Assembly: GCA_020697475.1 (NCBI GenBank) | Contig: JAJFMO010000001.1 | Location: 1 to 46,936, forward strand | Direction of reading: 5' to 3' | From: Paenibacillaceae bacterium | GTDB taxonomy: Bacteria > Bacillota > Bacilli > Paenibacillales > NBRC-103111 | DNA length: 46,936 nucleotides | Shown: positions 20,014 to 28,246 of the stretch, in pieces | Layout: each line of letters opens with the position of its first letter | How positions within the stretch are numbered: position 1 is the stretch's first letter | Position numbers and translations under genes: made by a program | Notes under the pieces: model-generated | Databases searched by the model: none | Told to the model about the DNA's origin: nothing | Seen by the model: only the letters and a program-made list of their open reading frames with translations

Positions 20014-20151
20014 TATGTCGTAGTTGCTGTATGGCAGGACTCTCTAGGCTTTTCTTCCTATAAAATGTCCAGGTTTCCCGGCTGCCCTCTTTTGCTCACA
20101 TGAAAAGAGTGGTAAAATTATAGGTATACCGGCCGAAGGGGGAAGACTCGT

Positions 20152-20535
20152 TTGCTAAAAAGAACTTTGATCGGCATTGTTCGCAGCCATGAACAGTCGG
20201 GGGATAAAGCGAGAGACCCGGCGCTAAAGACGAAATATTACAAATTATCCAAAGACAAGTTGTGGGAAGAAGTCGTCATTATCATGAACAAGCTTCCCGG
20301 TTATAAGCTATTGCATGAGGCGAAGAACGTCGGTGAGATCGTGGTGGAGAAGAAGACGATGACCGGCCGCGTGCAGGATATTACGTTGACTTTGTTTTCG
20401 ATCAGCCCGGCGAAATCGGCGATCGATATTTATTCCGCTTCGCGGGGATCGCTCGGAGACTTGGGCTCCAATTACCGTACGATCTTGGACATTTACCGGC
20501 AATTGGACCGCAGGCTGGCGGCTTACAAAGATTAA
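20152..20535 (+). CDS. DUF1499-like protein
   Basis: SASRGSLGDLGSN motif; GGGGGA RBS and TTG start. Confidence 0.75.
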   Translation: MLKRTLIGIVRSHEQSGDKARDPALKTKYYKLSKDKLWEEVVIIMNKLPGYKLLHEAKNVGEIVVEKKTMTGRVQDITLTLFSISPAKSAIDIYSASRGSLGDLGSNYRTILDIYRQLDRRLAAYKD

Positions 20536-20552
20536 CGATCGCTTTAAACGAG

Positions 20553-20587
20553 AAAAACAGCGGAAGCGAATGCTCTCCGCTGTTTTT
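20553..20587. terminator. Bidirectional terminator
   Basis: AAAAACAGCGGA...TCCGCTGTTTTT between convergent genes. Confidence 0.8.
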
Positions 20588-20614
20588 GTCATATAGATAG
20601 GTTAAACGATCGTG

Positions 20615-21112
20615 TTAGATCAGCTTCTTGACCGCTTCGACCGCTTTCTCGTAGTCCGGGTGATTGGTCATTTCCCCGACGTATTCGACGTATTGCACTT
20701 TGTTGCTTGCGTCAATGATGAAGATCGAGCGCATTAGCAACCCTAACTCCTTGATGTATACGCCGTATGCTTTGCCGAAGGAATGGTGCTTGTAATCCGA
20801 CAGGGTGACGACTTTGTCGACGCCTGCGGCGCCGCACCAGCGTGACTGGGCGAACGGAAGGTCGAGGCTGACGGTCAAGATGACGACGTTGTCGCCGAGT
20901 TTGCCTGCTTCCTCATTGAAACGGCGGGTCTGCGCATCGCAGACGCCGGTGTCGAGTGACGGAACGACGCTGATCAGTTTTATTTTACCGGCATAATCGG
21001 CAAGCGTTACCTCGGTCATTAAATCTTTGTTCAGAACGAAGTCAGGAGCCTGGCTGCCGACTTTCACTTCATTGCCGACCAGTGTCAAAGGGTTGCCCTT
21101 GAAAGTTGCCAT
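20615..21112 (-). CDS. tpx: Thiol peroxidase
   Basis: [38 protein letters not shown]. Confidence 0.95.
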   Translation of the reverse strand: MATFKGNPLTLVGNEVKVGSQAPDFVLNKDLMTEVTLADYAGKIKLISVVPSLDTGVCDAQTRRFNEEAGKLGDNVVILTVSLDLPFAQSRWCGAAGVDKVVTLSDYKHHSFGKAYGVYIKELGLLMRSIFIIDASNKVQYVEYVGEMTNHPDYEKAVEAVKKLI

Positions 21113-21222
21113 GAAATTGAATTCCTCCTTAATGAGTTGGTAATTGGCGATCAGTTTCAATTATAATGAGGTGACTGGGCTTTGTCCAATTTTTGGAGTG
21201 CAATCGAAGAGGAGCTTGAACG

Positions 21223-21831
21223 ATGATCTTTCTGCGGTACGAGAAACCGATGCAATATATCCGGATGTATCCGGTCACCACAGCGATTCTGTTGATCATT
21301 ATCGCAGTGTTTGCGGCGATGCTGATCACAGGCAGTCCGACTGATCCGGAGACGCTCATTCGCTTTGGCGCTCAAGTGAACGCTCCCCCTTATGAGAGTC
21401 AGCTATGGCGCATAGTGACGGCGATGTTCATTCATATCGGGTTTGAACACTTGCTGTTCAACGGTTTCGCCTTATATGTGTTTGCCCCGCCGCTTGAGCG
21501 GATGTTGGGCAAGCTGAAATACACGCTGTTGTATTTTGGCAGCGGGATCGTCGGCAATCTGGCCGGTCAACTGCTTTACCAGGACGTTCATGTGTCCGCT
21601 GGTGCGTCCGGTGCGATATACGGGGTATTTGCGGCGTATGCCTACTTGAGTTGGCTGCGTAAAGGGCTGTTCGATAAGCAAACGCGGAGTACGGTCAACG
21701 TCATGCTGGCGATGGGGTTGATCTATACGCTGCTCGTGCCTAAAGTCAACCTGTACGCCCATCTGGGCGGGTTTGTCGGCGGATTCCTGATTTTGCACGT
21801 GATGATTCATTGGGGACGCAAGCGGATATAG
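21223..21831 (+). CDS. Rhomboid intramembrane serine protease
   Basis: WR...F.H...HLLFN, GASG catalytic Ser, AHLGG catalytic His. Confidence 0.92.
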   Translation: MIFLRYEKPMQYIRMYPVTTAILLIIIAVFAAMLITGSPTDPETLIRFGAQVNAPPYESQLWRIVTAMFIHIGFEHLLFNGFALYVFAPPLERMLGKLKYTLLYFGSGIVGNLAGQLLYQDVHVSAGASGAIYGVFAAYAYLSWLRKGLFDKQTRSTVNVMLAMGLIYTLLVPKVNLYAHLGGFVGGFLILHVMIHWGRKRI

Positions 21832-21908
21832 GTTTTCACTAAGGGATCATGGTATAATGGTGGCAAAAATGGCGAATCGTAAGTTTTCACAGGCATCGGA
21901 GGCCACAA

Positions 21909-22793
21909 GTGGAGTTCAGACAATTGCAATATTTCATCAAGGTTGCGAAGATGCAGCATGTGACACATGCGGCGGAGGAGATGCACGTAGCGCAATCTGC
22001 CGTCAGCAGGCAAATTCATCTGTTGGAGGAAGAGCTTGGGGTCGCCTTGTTTTCCCAGAAAGGGCGGAACTTGCAGCTAACGCCGGTCGGACGGCTGTTT
22101 CTCAGCAGGGTTGAAGCGATTCTCGCCAATTTGGATCGCGCGGTTAACGAGGTGCACGAATTTCTCGATCCGGACGCCGGCGAGATTCGAATCGGCTTCC
22201 CGCACAGTCTCGGGATGAATTTGCTGCCGAAGATTATCGCGAAGTTCCGCCAGGATCACCCGAACGTCAAGTTCAAGCTGAAGCAAGGAGCGTATAACGG
22301 CTTAATCCACGACGTGAAGGATGGCGAAGTGGATTTGGCCATTGTTTCGCCGTGTCCGAAGAAGCTGGAGCACGTCACCGGGGAATTGCTGTTCAGCGAG
22401 GAGATGTTCGCGATTTTGCCGATGAATCATCCGCTCGCCGTACAGACTTCCATCCGTCTGGAGCAGCTGCAGCACGAGTCCTTCGTCATGTTCAATGAAG
22501 GCTATTCGTTGCGCAGTATTGTGATGGAAGCGTGCCAGAAGGCCGGCTTTAGGCCAATCATCGGGTTCGAGGGAGAAGAGACAGATACGATTCGCGGCCT
22601 CGTTACGGCCGGGATGGGGGTCAGCCTGCTGCCGGAGATGGCGCTGATGCATAATTCTCCCTTCATGCCGGCGGTCGTTAAGGTGTCGGAACCGAGCGTC
22701 TTCCGCACGATCGGCCTGATTCGCCGCTCGGGGGAGAAGCTTCCGCTTGTGGCGGAAGTGTTTCAACGCTTTTTGCTCGATTATTTCGCGTAA
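21909..22793 (+). CDS. LysR family regulator (GltC-like)
   Basis: HVTHAAEEMHVAQSAVSRQI..LEEELG; extended -10 TGGTATAAT at 21850-21858. Confidence 0.9.
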   Translation: MEFRQLQYFIKVAKMQHVTHAAEEMHVAQSAVSRQIHLLEEELGVALFSQKGRNLQLTPVGRLFLSRVEAILANLDRAVNEVHEFLDPDAGEIRIGFPHSLGMNLLPKIIAKFRQDHPNVKFKLKQGAYNGLIHDVKDGEVDLAIVSPCPKKLEHVTGELLFSEEMFAILPMNHPLAVQTSIRLEQLQHESFVMFNEGYSLRSIVMEACQKAGFRPIIGFEGEETDTIRGLVTAGMGVSLLPEMALMHNSPFMPAVVKVSEPSVFRTIGLIRRSGEKLPLVAEVFQRFLLDYFA

Positions 22794-22921
22794 GGGACGA
22801 AGTGTAGTGAAACGACCGTAGGGTCGTATCGTTCGAAGGCTTGTGCGACAGGGACTTCCGATAGGAGGAGTGATTCAGGGAGGATCCTTCGCTTTATGTT
22901 GGGATTGGAGGGTTAAACTAA

Positions 22922-23109
22922 CATAAAGCTTTTTCGAGCCCTTATTTGATGGGAAAGGTGGGGGTAGGCTGCCAATAAGGTTGTTTGGAGCCCCTATTCC
23001 GGACTTCTGAGCAGAAACTGGGCTTTCTCATTCAAATAACGTTCTGAAAAGACGTTATGAAGCGAAAAAAGCAAAAGTGTGGAAAATAGCGTATCGAAAC
23101 AACCTTATT
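22922..23109. repeat. Array of four degenerate 25-bp palindromic units (AATAAGG-N11-CCTTATT)
   Basis: Units at 22922, 22974, 23035 and 23085; reverse complement of unit 4 shares AATAAGGTTGTTT with unit 2. Confidence 0.75.
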
Positions 23110-23310
23110 GTGCTTGCGATATACCCAATATGTCGAACGAATCGAACTAGAAGAGTGTAATCTTGGCTGTGCCGCATGTAGGATCGGATTTCCCAACATG
23201 CATCAGCCCGGGCGCAGTGGCCACTCACTTGTTAGTCGCTTAATCCGCATAAAGTGCAATCCTTAATCAATGTAATCCATCCATGATGTAGAACCTGTCG
23301 ATATTACATC

Positions 23311-23351
23311 AAAGAGGCGAGTCGGAGGATGAAAATCCCCGACTCGCCTCT
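23311..23351 (-). terminator. Terminator after the zinc metallopeptidase gene
   Basis: AGAGGCGAGTCGG...CCGACTCGCCTCT stem. Confidence 0.75.
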
Positions 23352-23370
23352 ATTATTTGCTAATCCCAAA

Positions 23371-24075
23371 TTATTCGTTCGAGCGGTTCGCTCCGGCAAA
23401 AATCATAATAAATTTCAGCAATTGCAGGAGGGAGATCAATGCTGCGGCGACGTAGGTCAACGCAGCGGCGTTCAGCACTTTGGCCACTCCGCGCTCCTCT
23501 TCGTTGTTGATGAAGCCATGGGAGACCATCGCTTCCCTGGCCCGATTGCTGGCATTGAACTCGACCGGCAAAGTGATGAGTTGGAACAGCACGGCCACGG
23601 AGAAGAAGACGATGCCTAGCAGCGCGAGCTTGGAGCCGAGAGCTGAGGCGATCCCGAGCAGGAAGCCGGCAATGATCAGGAATGGCGCTACCCCTGAGCT
23701 GAAGTTGACGACCGGGAAAATATTGTGCCGAGCCACCAACATCGGGTAATGCACCTTGTGTTGAATGGCGTGGCCGATTTCGTGACAGGCGACGGAAATG
23801 GCGGAGATCGACCGGCCATGGTATACCGGTTCTGACAATCGGACGACCTTGTGAATCGGGTCGTAATGGTCGCTTAACGTCCCGGGCACCGGCTCGATCG
23901 GGATGTCGTAAAGCCCGTTGATATCGAGCAGCCTTCTCGCTGCCTCAGCCCCTGTCATCCCCGACATGTTCGGCACTTCTGCCCATCGGTTGAAGGTGCT
24001 TCGCACCCTAAAGGATGCCCAAAGCGACAGTCCGAAGGCGATCAGGATGAGAAAGTCCATCGGATGAAAAAACAT
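23371..24075 (-). CDS. yugP: Neutral zinc metallopeptidase (YugP family)
   Basis: LSDHYDP, HEIGHAIQH, LPVEFNAS, AAALTYVAA. Confidence 0.9.
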   Translation of the reverse strand: MFFHPMDFLILIAFGLSLWASFRVRSTFNRWAEVPNMSGMTGAEAARRLLDINGLYDIPIEPVPGTLSDHYDPIHKVVRLSEPVYHGRSISAISVACHEIGHAIQHKVHYPMLVARHNIFPVVNFSSGVAPFLIIAGFLLGIASALGSKLALLGIVFFSVAVLFQLITLPVEFNASNRAREAMVSHGFINNEEERGVAKVLNAAALTYVAAALISLLQLLKFIMIFAGANRSNE

Positions 24076-24100
24076 GAGTCATTCCCCTTCTCGTTATGGA

Positions 24101-24538
24101 TTATAAAATCGACCCGCGATCCAACAGGATCAACAGGGCTTCGATGACGGCGGCTCCGCTTGGCGCGATGATTTTGTACAAATTCTTCGCCTGGGAAGGG
24201 CGCATACTCTCGATCATCGGGCTAATCTCTTTCACTTCTTTCTCCAACTGCTGCAGATGAAGCTGCAAGGCCGACAATTTGTCCGTCACTTGCTCGCTCT
24301 GTCCCACCTTCTCGAACTGATCAAGGCATGCTTTAATTTCTTCGAGTGTATACTTCTCCTTCTTCATCATCTCAATACGTTTGAGCCTTAGCAAAGTTTC
24401 ATCGCTGTAATAGCGATAATTCGAGTCCGATCGCTTCTCAGGCTGAATGAGTCCAAGCTTCGTATAGTAGTCAATCGTTCGCGAACTGACAGAGGAAAGC
24501 CGGGACAACTGCCCGATCTTATACAGTTTGCGTTCCAC
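24101..24538 (-). CDS. MerR family regulator (YfmP-like)
   Basis: YKIGQLS..SSVSSRTIDYY..LGLI.P..R..SNYRYY; GGAGG RBS and GTG start. Confidence 0.88.
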   Translation of the reverse strand: MERKLYKIGQLSRLSSVSSRTIDYYTKLGLIQPEKRSDSNYRYYSDETLLRLKRIEMMKKEKYTLEEIKACLDQFEKVGQSEQVTDKLSALQLHLQQLEKEVKEISPMIESMRPSQAKNLYKIIAPSGAAVIEALLILLDRGSIL

Positions 24539-24581
24539 AGGTTCCACCTCCGCTAGGATTGAATGTGCGGTTACTTCTCTA

Positions 24582-24623
24582 ATGATACTAGAAATCAAAC
24601 CATACAGTCAAACGTTATAGTTT
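24582..24623 (-). promoter_or_regulatory. Promoter of the merR-yugP pair with an inverted repeat over the -35 (candidate autoregulatory operator)
   Basis: Minus strand TTGACT-18 bp-TATCAT; AAACCATA-N11-TATAGTTT. Confidence 0.55.
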
Positions 24624-24643
24624 TAAATCAACGAAAAATAGTT

Positions 24644-24660
24644 TGTGAGGAAATATTACA
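24644..24660. promoter_or_regulatory. GlnR/TnrA box 1
   Basis: TGTGA-GGAAATA-TTACA matches TGTNA-N7-TNACA. Confidence 0.75.
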
Positions 24661-24685
24661 CAAAACACAAAATAAAATCAATTTA

Positions 24686-24702
24686 TGTTACCTTATATAA
24701 CA
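24686..24702. promoter_or_regulatory. GlnR/TnrA box 2
   Basis: TGTTA-CCTTATA-TAACA. Confidence 0.8.
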
Positions 24703-24718
24703 TAGCAATGAAGGACAT

Positions 24719-24735
24719 TGTTATATAATATGACA
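24719..24735. promoter_or_regulatory. GlnR/TnrA box 3 (contains a TATAAT, just before the amtB RBS)
   Basis: TGTTA-TATAATA-TGACA. Confidence 0.8.
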
Positions 24736-24750
24736 AAAGGAAGTGATCGT

Positions 24751-26145
24751 ATGTTTAAAAAATCGCTGCTTCTCATCGCACTGCCATTCTTCACGTTCCC
24801 CGCTGTTACATTGGCGGCCGACGGGCCGACAACCGGTCAATTGCAATCGGCTGTCGACGCGGTTTGGGTGATGCTTGCGGCGATTCTTGTCATCTTCATG
24901 CAAGCGGGTTTTGCCTTGCTGGAGGCCGGTTCGACCCGGATGAAAAATGCCGGGCACGTAGCAGGCAAGACAATTTTGACGTTCGGCATTTGCGCCATCG
25001 CGTTTTGGGCTGCCGGATTTGCCTTCGCATTTGGCAATGGCGGCAGTTTAATCGGTTTTTCCGGATTTTTCGTCAACGGATCGGAAGAGCAGGCGGCTCA
25101 AGTTTTTTCCTCCTTGTCCTTTTCCGATGTGCCGATTTCCATCAAATTCTTATTCCAACTCGCGTTTGCCGGAGTCTCCTTGGCCATTGCCTGCGGCGGA
25201 TTTGCCGAAAGGGGCAAATTGATCGGATATTTTATTTTCGGTACCTTGTTTACTGTAGTGATTTACCCGATCGTCGCACACTGGGTGTGGGGCGGCGGCT
25301 GGCTCGCACAAATCGGCATGCAGGATTTCGCCGGATCGACGGTTGTGCATCTGCAAGGCGCTACCGCCGCGCTGGTTGCCACGATATTGTTGAAGCCCCG
25401 CTTGGGTAAGTTCAACCGTGAAGGAAAACCGAACCAGCTGCCCGGTCATAATCAAGTATTCTCGGTATTGGGCGTGATCATTCTTTGGATCGGTTGGTTC
25501 GGTTTTAATCCCGGCAGTACATTAAGCGCAATGGGCGACGGATTTTTCGGATACATTGCCCTTACGACCAATTTGGCGGCAGCAGCCGGAGCAGTCGCTG
25601 CGCTGACCGTGTCTTGGCTTGTATTCGGCAAAGCGGATATTCCAAGCATGCTCAATGGCGTGCTGGCGGCATTGGTGGCGATAACCGCATCCTGCGCTTT
25701 CGTCGAACCCGGAGCCGCCATCCTGATCGGCGCATTGGCCGGCTCCATTACCTTCTTTACCGCGCAATGGTTTGAAAAAGCAGGGGTTGACGATCCGGTA
25801 TATGCGTTCTCGGTTCACGGCATTGCAGGGATTTGGGGTACGCTGTCCACAGGTTTGTTCGCAACACCGGAATTGGCGGCTAAAGTCGGAATCGGCGGCG
25901 CAGGCTTGTTTTACGGCGGCGGTTGGCACCAGCTGGGTGTGCAAGCGCTGGGCGTGTTCGGAGCGATGGCGTTTGTCGCCTTGTTGTCCTTCCTCATTCT
26001 TGGTATTCTTCATATGACGACAGGCTTGCGCGTCACGGAGGAAGAGGAAACGATCGGGTTGGATCTGGCCGAACATGGCGTGTACGGTTATCCCGAGCAA
26101 ATGAAAGGCGCGGACGCCCATACTCGAGATGCGATCGTCACCTAA
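24751..26145 (+). CDS. amtB: Ammonium transporter
   Basis: FMQAGFALLE, HWVWGGGWL, DFAGSTVVH, GWFGFN, DDPV...VHG, GLRV..EEE..GLD..EHG. Confidence 0.96.
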   Translation: MFKKSLLLIALPFFTFPAVTLAADGPTTGQLQSAVDAVWVMLAAILVIFMQAGFALLEAGSTRMKNAGHVAGKTILTFGICAIAFWAAGFAFAFGNGGSLIGFSGFFVNGSEEQAAQVFSSLSFSDVPISIKFLFQLAFAGVSLAIACGGFAERGKLIGYFIFGTLFTVVIYPIVAHWVWGGGWLAQIGMQDFAGSTVVHLQGATAALVATILLKPRLGKFNREGKPNQLPGHNQVFSVLGVIILWIGWFGFNPGSTLSAMGDGFFGYIALTTNLAAAAGAVAALTVSWLVFGKADIPSMLNGVLAALVAITASCAFVEPGAAILIGALAGSITFFTAQWFEKAGVDDPVYAFSVHGIAGIWGTLSTGLFATPELAAKVGIGGAGLFYGGGWHQLGVQALGVFGAMAFVALLSFLILGILHMTTGLRVTEEEETIGLDLAEHGVYGYPEQMKGADAHTRDAIVT

Positions 26146-26159
26146 GGAGTTTGGTAATC

Positions 26160-27230
26160 ATGAGCGGACTTCATCTGTATTGTACCAAACAAATTGCCGA
26201 TTGTGTCACGGTTGAACAATTAAGAGCTATAAGGGATTGCGCGTTCTCCGGTTCTGACTCCAACTTCCTGTTGGAGGATCCACTCGAATGGAACCGGCAA
26301 AATAATGAGATGCACGACCAACTGATTCGCCGTACGATTCAATTATCGGAGATGAAGCTGGCCGATCAAGGCAAGGGAACCCCTCCGGTTCCCTATGTCT
26401 TTCTCTTGTTCGGAAGTGGAGGGCGAAGCGAGCAGACACTTTGGAGCGACCAGGACAACGGACTTGTTTATGAGAATATCGGAACGGATCGTGAGAGGGG
26501 GCGGGTTGAGCAATATTTCAACGACTTGGCCTCGCTCATTTTTCATAATTTAGTCCACTTAGGCTATCCGCCTTGTCCCGGGAACGTTGTGGCAGATAAT
26601 GGCCGCTGGAGAATTCCCCTGTCTGCTTGGGAAGCCATGATTACGCGATGGATATCGACTCCCGATTGGGAAAGCATGAGATATGCGTTGATGATTAGCG
26701 ATATGCGATGGATCCACGGCGATGCGAATCTTTTCAACCGTGTGCATCGTGTCTTTCGCAACGCCATCAGGGACAATCCTCAAGTGTTAATCCCAATGTT
26801 GAAGAACACCCTTCACCACAAAGTCTCCCTTGGAGTATTCGGTCAACTTTTGCGGGAACGTTACGGCGAGTTCGCGGGAAGCGTGGATGTCAAGTATGGC
26901 ATGTATATTCCTTTCGTCAACGGGATTCGCCTGCTCTCCCTGCGCAGCGGACTTTTCACCAATTCGACGCTTGATCGACTTATGCTGTTGGAACATACCG
27001 GCGAACTGCCAGGGGATCTTGATCCGATTAAGCTGCGACATACGTTCGCCGCTTTGTTGAAGTTCAGGGCATTAACACCTTGTGAAAAGACGAATAGCGG
27101 TGTATATGCCACAACCGGCAAGCTTCCTGCCGAGATGCTGACGAAGGAACGGGTGCGGGAGATCAAGCATTGTTTGATTACCGGAAACAGCCTTCAAAGA
27201 TGGGTGGAGAAATCGGTGAATCGCCGATGA
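26160..27230 (+). CDS. DUF294 nucleotidyltransferase-like protein (GlnD/GlnE-type NTase plus DUF294_C), no CBS domains
   Basis: FGSGGRSEQTLWSDQDNGLVY (GS-x10-DxD), GYPPCPGNVVA, DMR.IHGD, VDVKYG; AAGGAG RBS overlaps the amtB stop. Confidence 0.88.
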   Translation: MSGLHLYCTKQIADCVTVEQLRAIRDCAFSGSDSNFLLEDPLEWNRQNNEMHDQLIRRTIQLSEMKLADQGKGTPPVPYVFLLFGSGGRSEQTLWSDQDNGLVYENIGTDRERGRVEQYFNDLASLIFHNLVHLGYPPCPGNVVADNGRWRIPLSAWEAMITRWISTPDWESMRYALMISDMRWIHGDANLFNRVHRVFRNAIRDNPQVLIPMLKNTLHHKVSLGVFGQLLRERYGEFAGSVDVKYGMYIPFVNGIRLLSLRSGLFTNSTLDRLMLLEHTGELPGDLDPIKLRHTFAALLKFRALTPCEKTNSGVYATTGKLPAEMLTKERVREIKHCLITGNSLQRWVEKSVNRR

Positions 27231-27961
27231 ACGGTCCGGATCGTCCTCGCGCAGGAATATGGGAATTGTATCGTATGGGCGGGCTTCGACCGGCGCTTCG
27301 CTCTGTGTTCGAACCGCAAACGGCTCAACAGATGGCTTTCATTCGTTCGATGATCAAGGATCAGCGCAGGGAAGCGGCGTACTCTATGCGGTTAAAGGAA
27401 TTGAACGCCGTTGTGTTCGATTTGGAGACGACCGGCTATTACCCGGAGCAAGGCGATGAGATCATCGCGATCGGAGCGGTTTCCGTCAACGGGACGGAGA
27501 TCGACGAACAGGAACCGTTCTATACCTTGATCGATCCTGAACGATCCGTTCCACCGGAAGTGCAAGCCATAACGGGAATTACGGATGAAATGACGCAGCA
27601 TGCGCCGAAACGGATGGTAGGGCTGCGTGCGTTTCTGGAATTTGCCGACAGCAAGGTATTAATTGCTCACGGTATGCGGCATGACAAGCGTTTTCTCAAC
27701 CGCGCCTTATGGACAACATCAAGAACCGGCCTTCCTCACCGAACGCTCGATACGATGATGATCGCCGCGCTGCTATATCCCGAGGAGGCGCCGTATACGC
27801 TTGAACCGTTGTTGCAGCGCCATGGAATTGCCGTCCATGGACGCCATCACGCTTTGCAAGATGCCCTCATGGCTGCCAAGCTGTGGTGCGCGATGTCGAG
27901 AGAGATGATGGATCGCGGATTGGAGACGTTAGGTGACGTCTACGAGGAATTGAACGGCTAG
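27227..27961 (+). CDS. Stand-alone DEDDh 3'-5' exonuclease-domain protein (DnaQ-like)
   Basis: VFDLETTG, DEIIAIGA, HD..FL, LDT, RHHALQDA; ATGA overlap with the upstream stop. Confidence 0.9.
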   Translation: MNGPDRPRAGIWELYRMGGLRPALRSVFEPQTAQQMAFIRSMIKDQRREAAYSMRLKELNAVVFDLETTGYYPEQGDEIIAIGAVSVNGTEIDEQEPFYTLIDPERSVPPEVQAITGITDEMTQHAPKRMVGLRAFLEFADSKVLIAHGMRHDKRFLNRALWTTSRTGLPHRTLDTMMIAALLYPEEAPYTLEPLLQRHGIAVHGRHHALQDALMAAKLWCAMSREMMDRGLETLGDVYEELNG

Positions 27962-28015
27962 ATAATGGCATTCGTAAAAATAATTCATATGAATTTTGCG
28001 ACGTTCCCCCGACTG

Positions 28016-28046
28016 AAAACCGGAGATATTTTTCTCTGGTTTTTTT
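28016..28046 (+). terminator. Terminator closing the amtB operon
   Basis: AAAACCGGAGA...TCTCTGGTTTTTT. Confidence 0.75.
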
Positions 28047-28246
28047 ATTTGAAGCAAACAATCTGCCGTTTTGTTCCGTTTACTCATAACGGAACTATCG
28101 AGGTTCCGGGCAAGCCCGAGTTTGCTTACAAAAATTTTACAATCTCGATTCTGGTTGAAGCCTTAAAAACGATTATAATATAACTAAAAAGGTTGTATAT
28201 TGCATGTACTGCTTGTACTGCTTGGATAAGGAGATGAAAGGCCATT

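Noticed and set aside
22922..23109. CRISPR array
   Set aside because: Units are too degenerate, mixed in orientation and irregularly spaced; no cas genes
27227..27961. DNA polymerase III subunit (dnaQ/polC)
   Set aside because: Stand-alone nuclease domain translationally coupled to DUF294 in a nitrogen-regulated operon
28205..28224. TGTACTGCT tandem duplication
   Set aside because: Two copies of a 9-mer in a leader; too short to interpret
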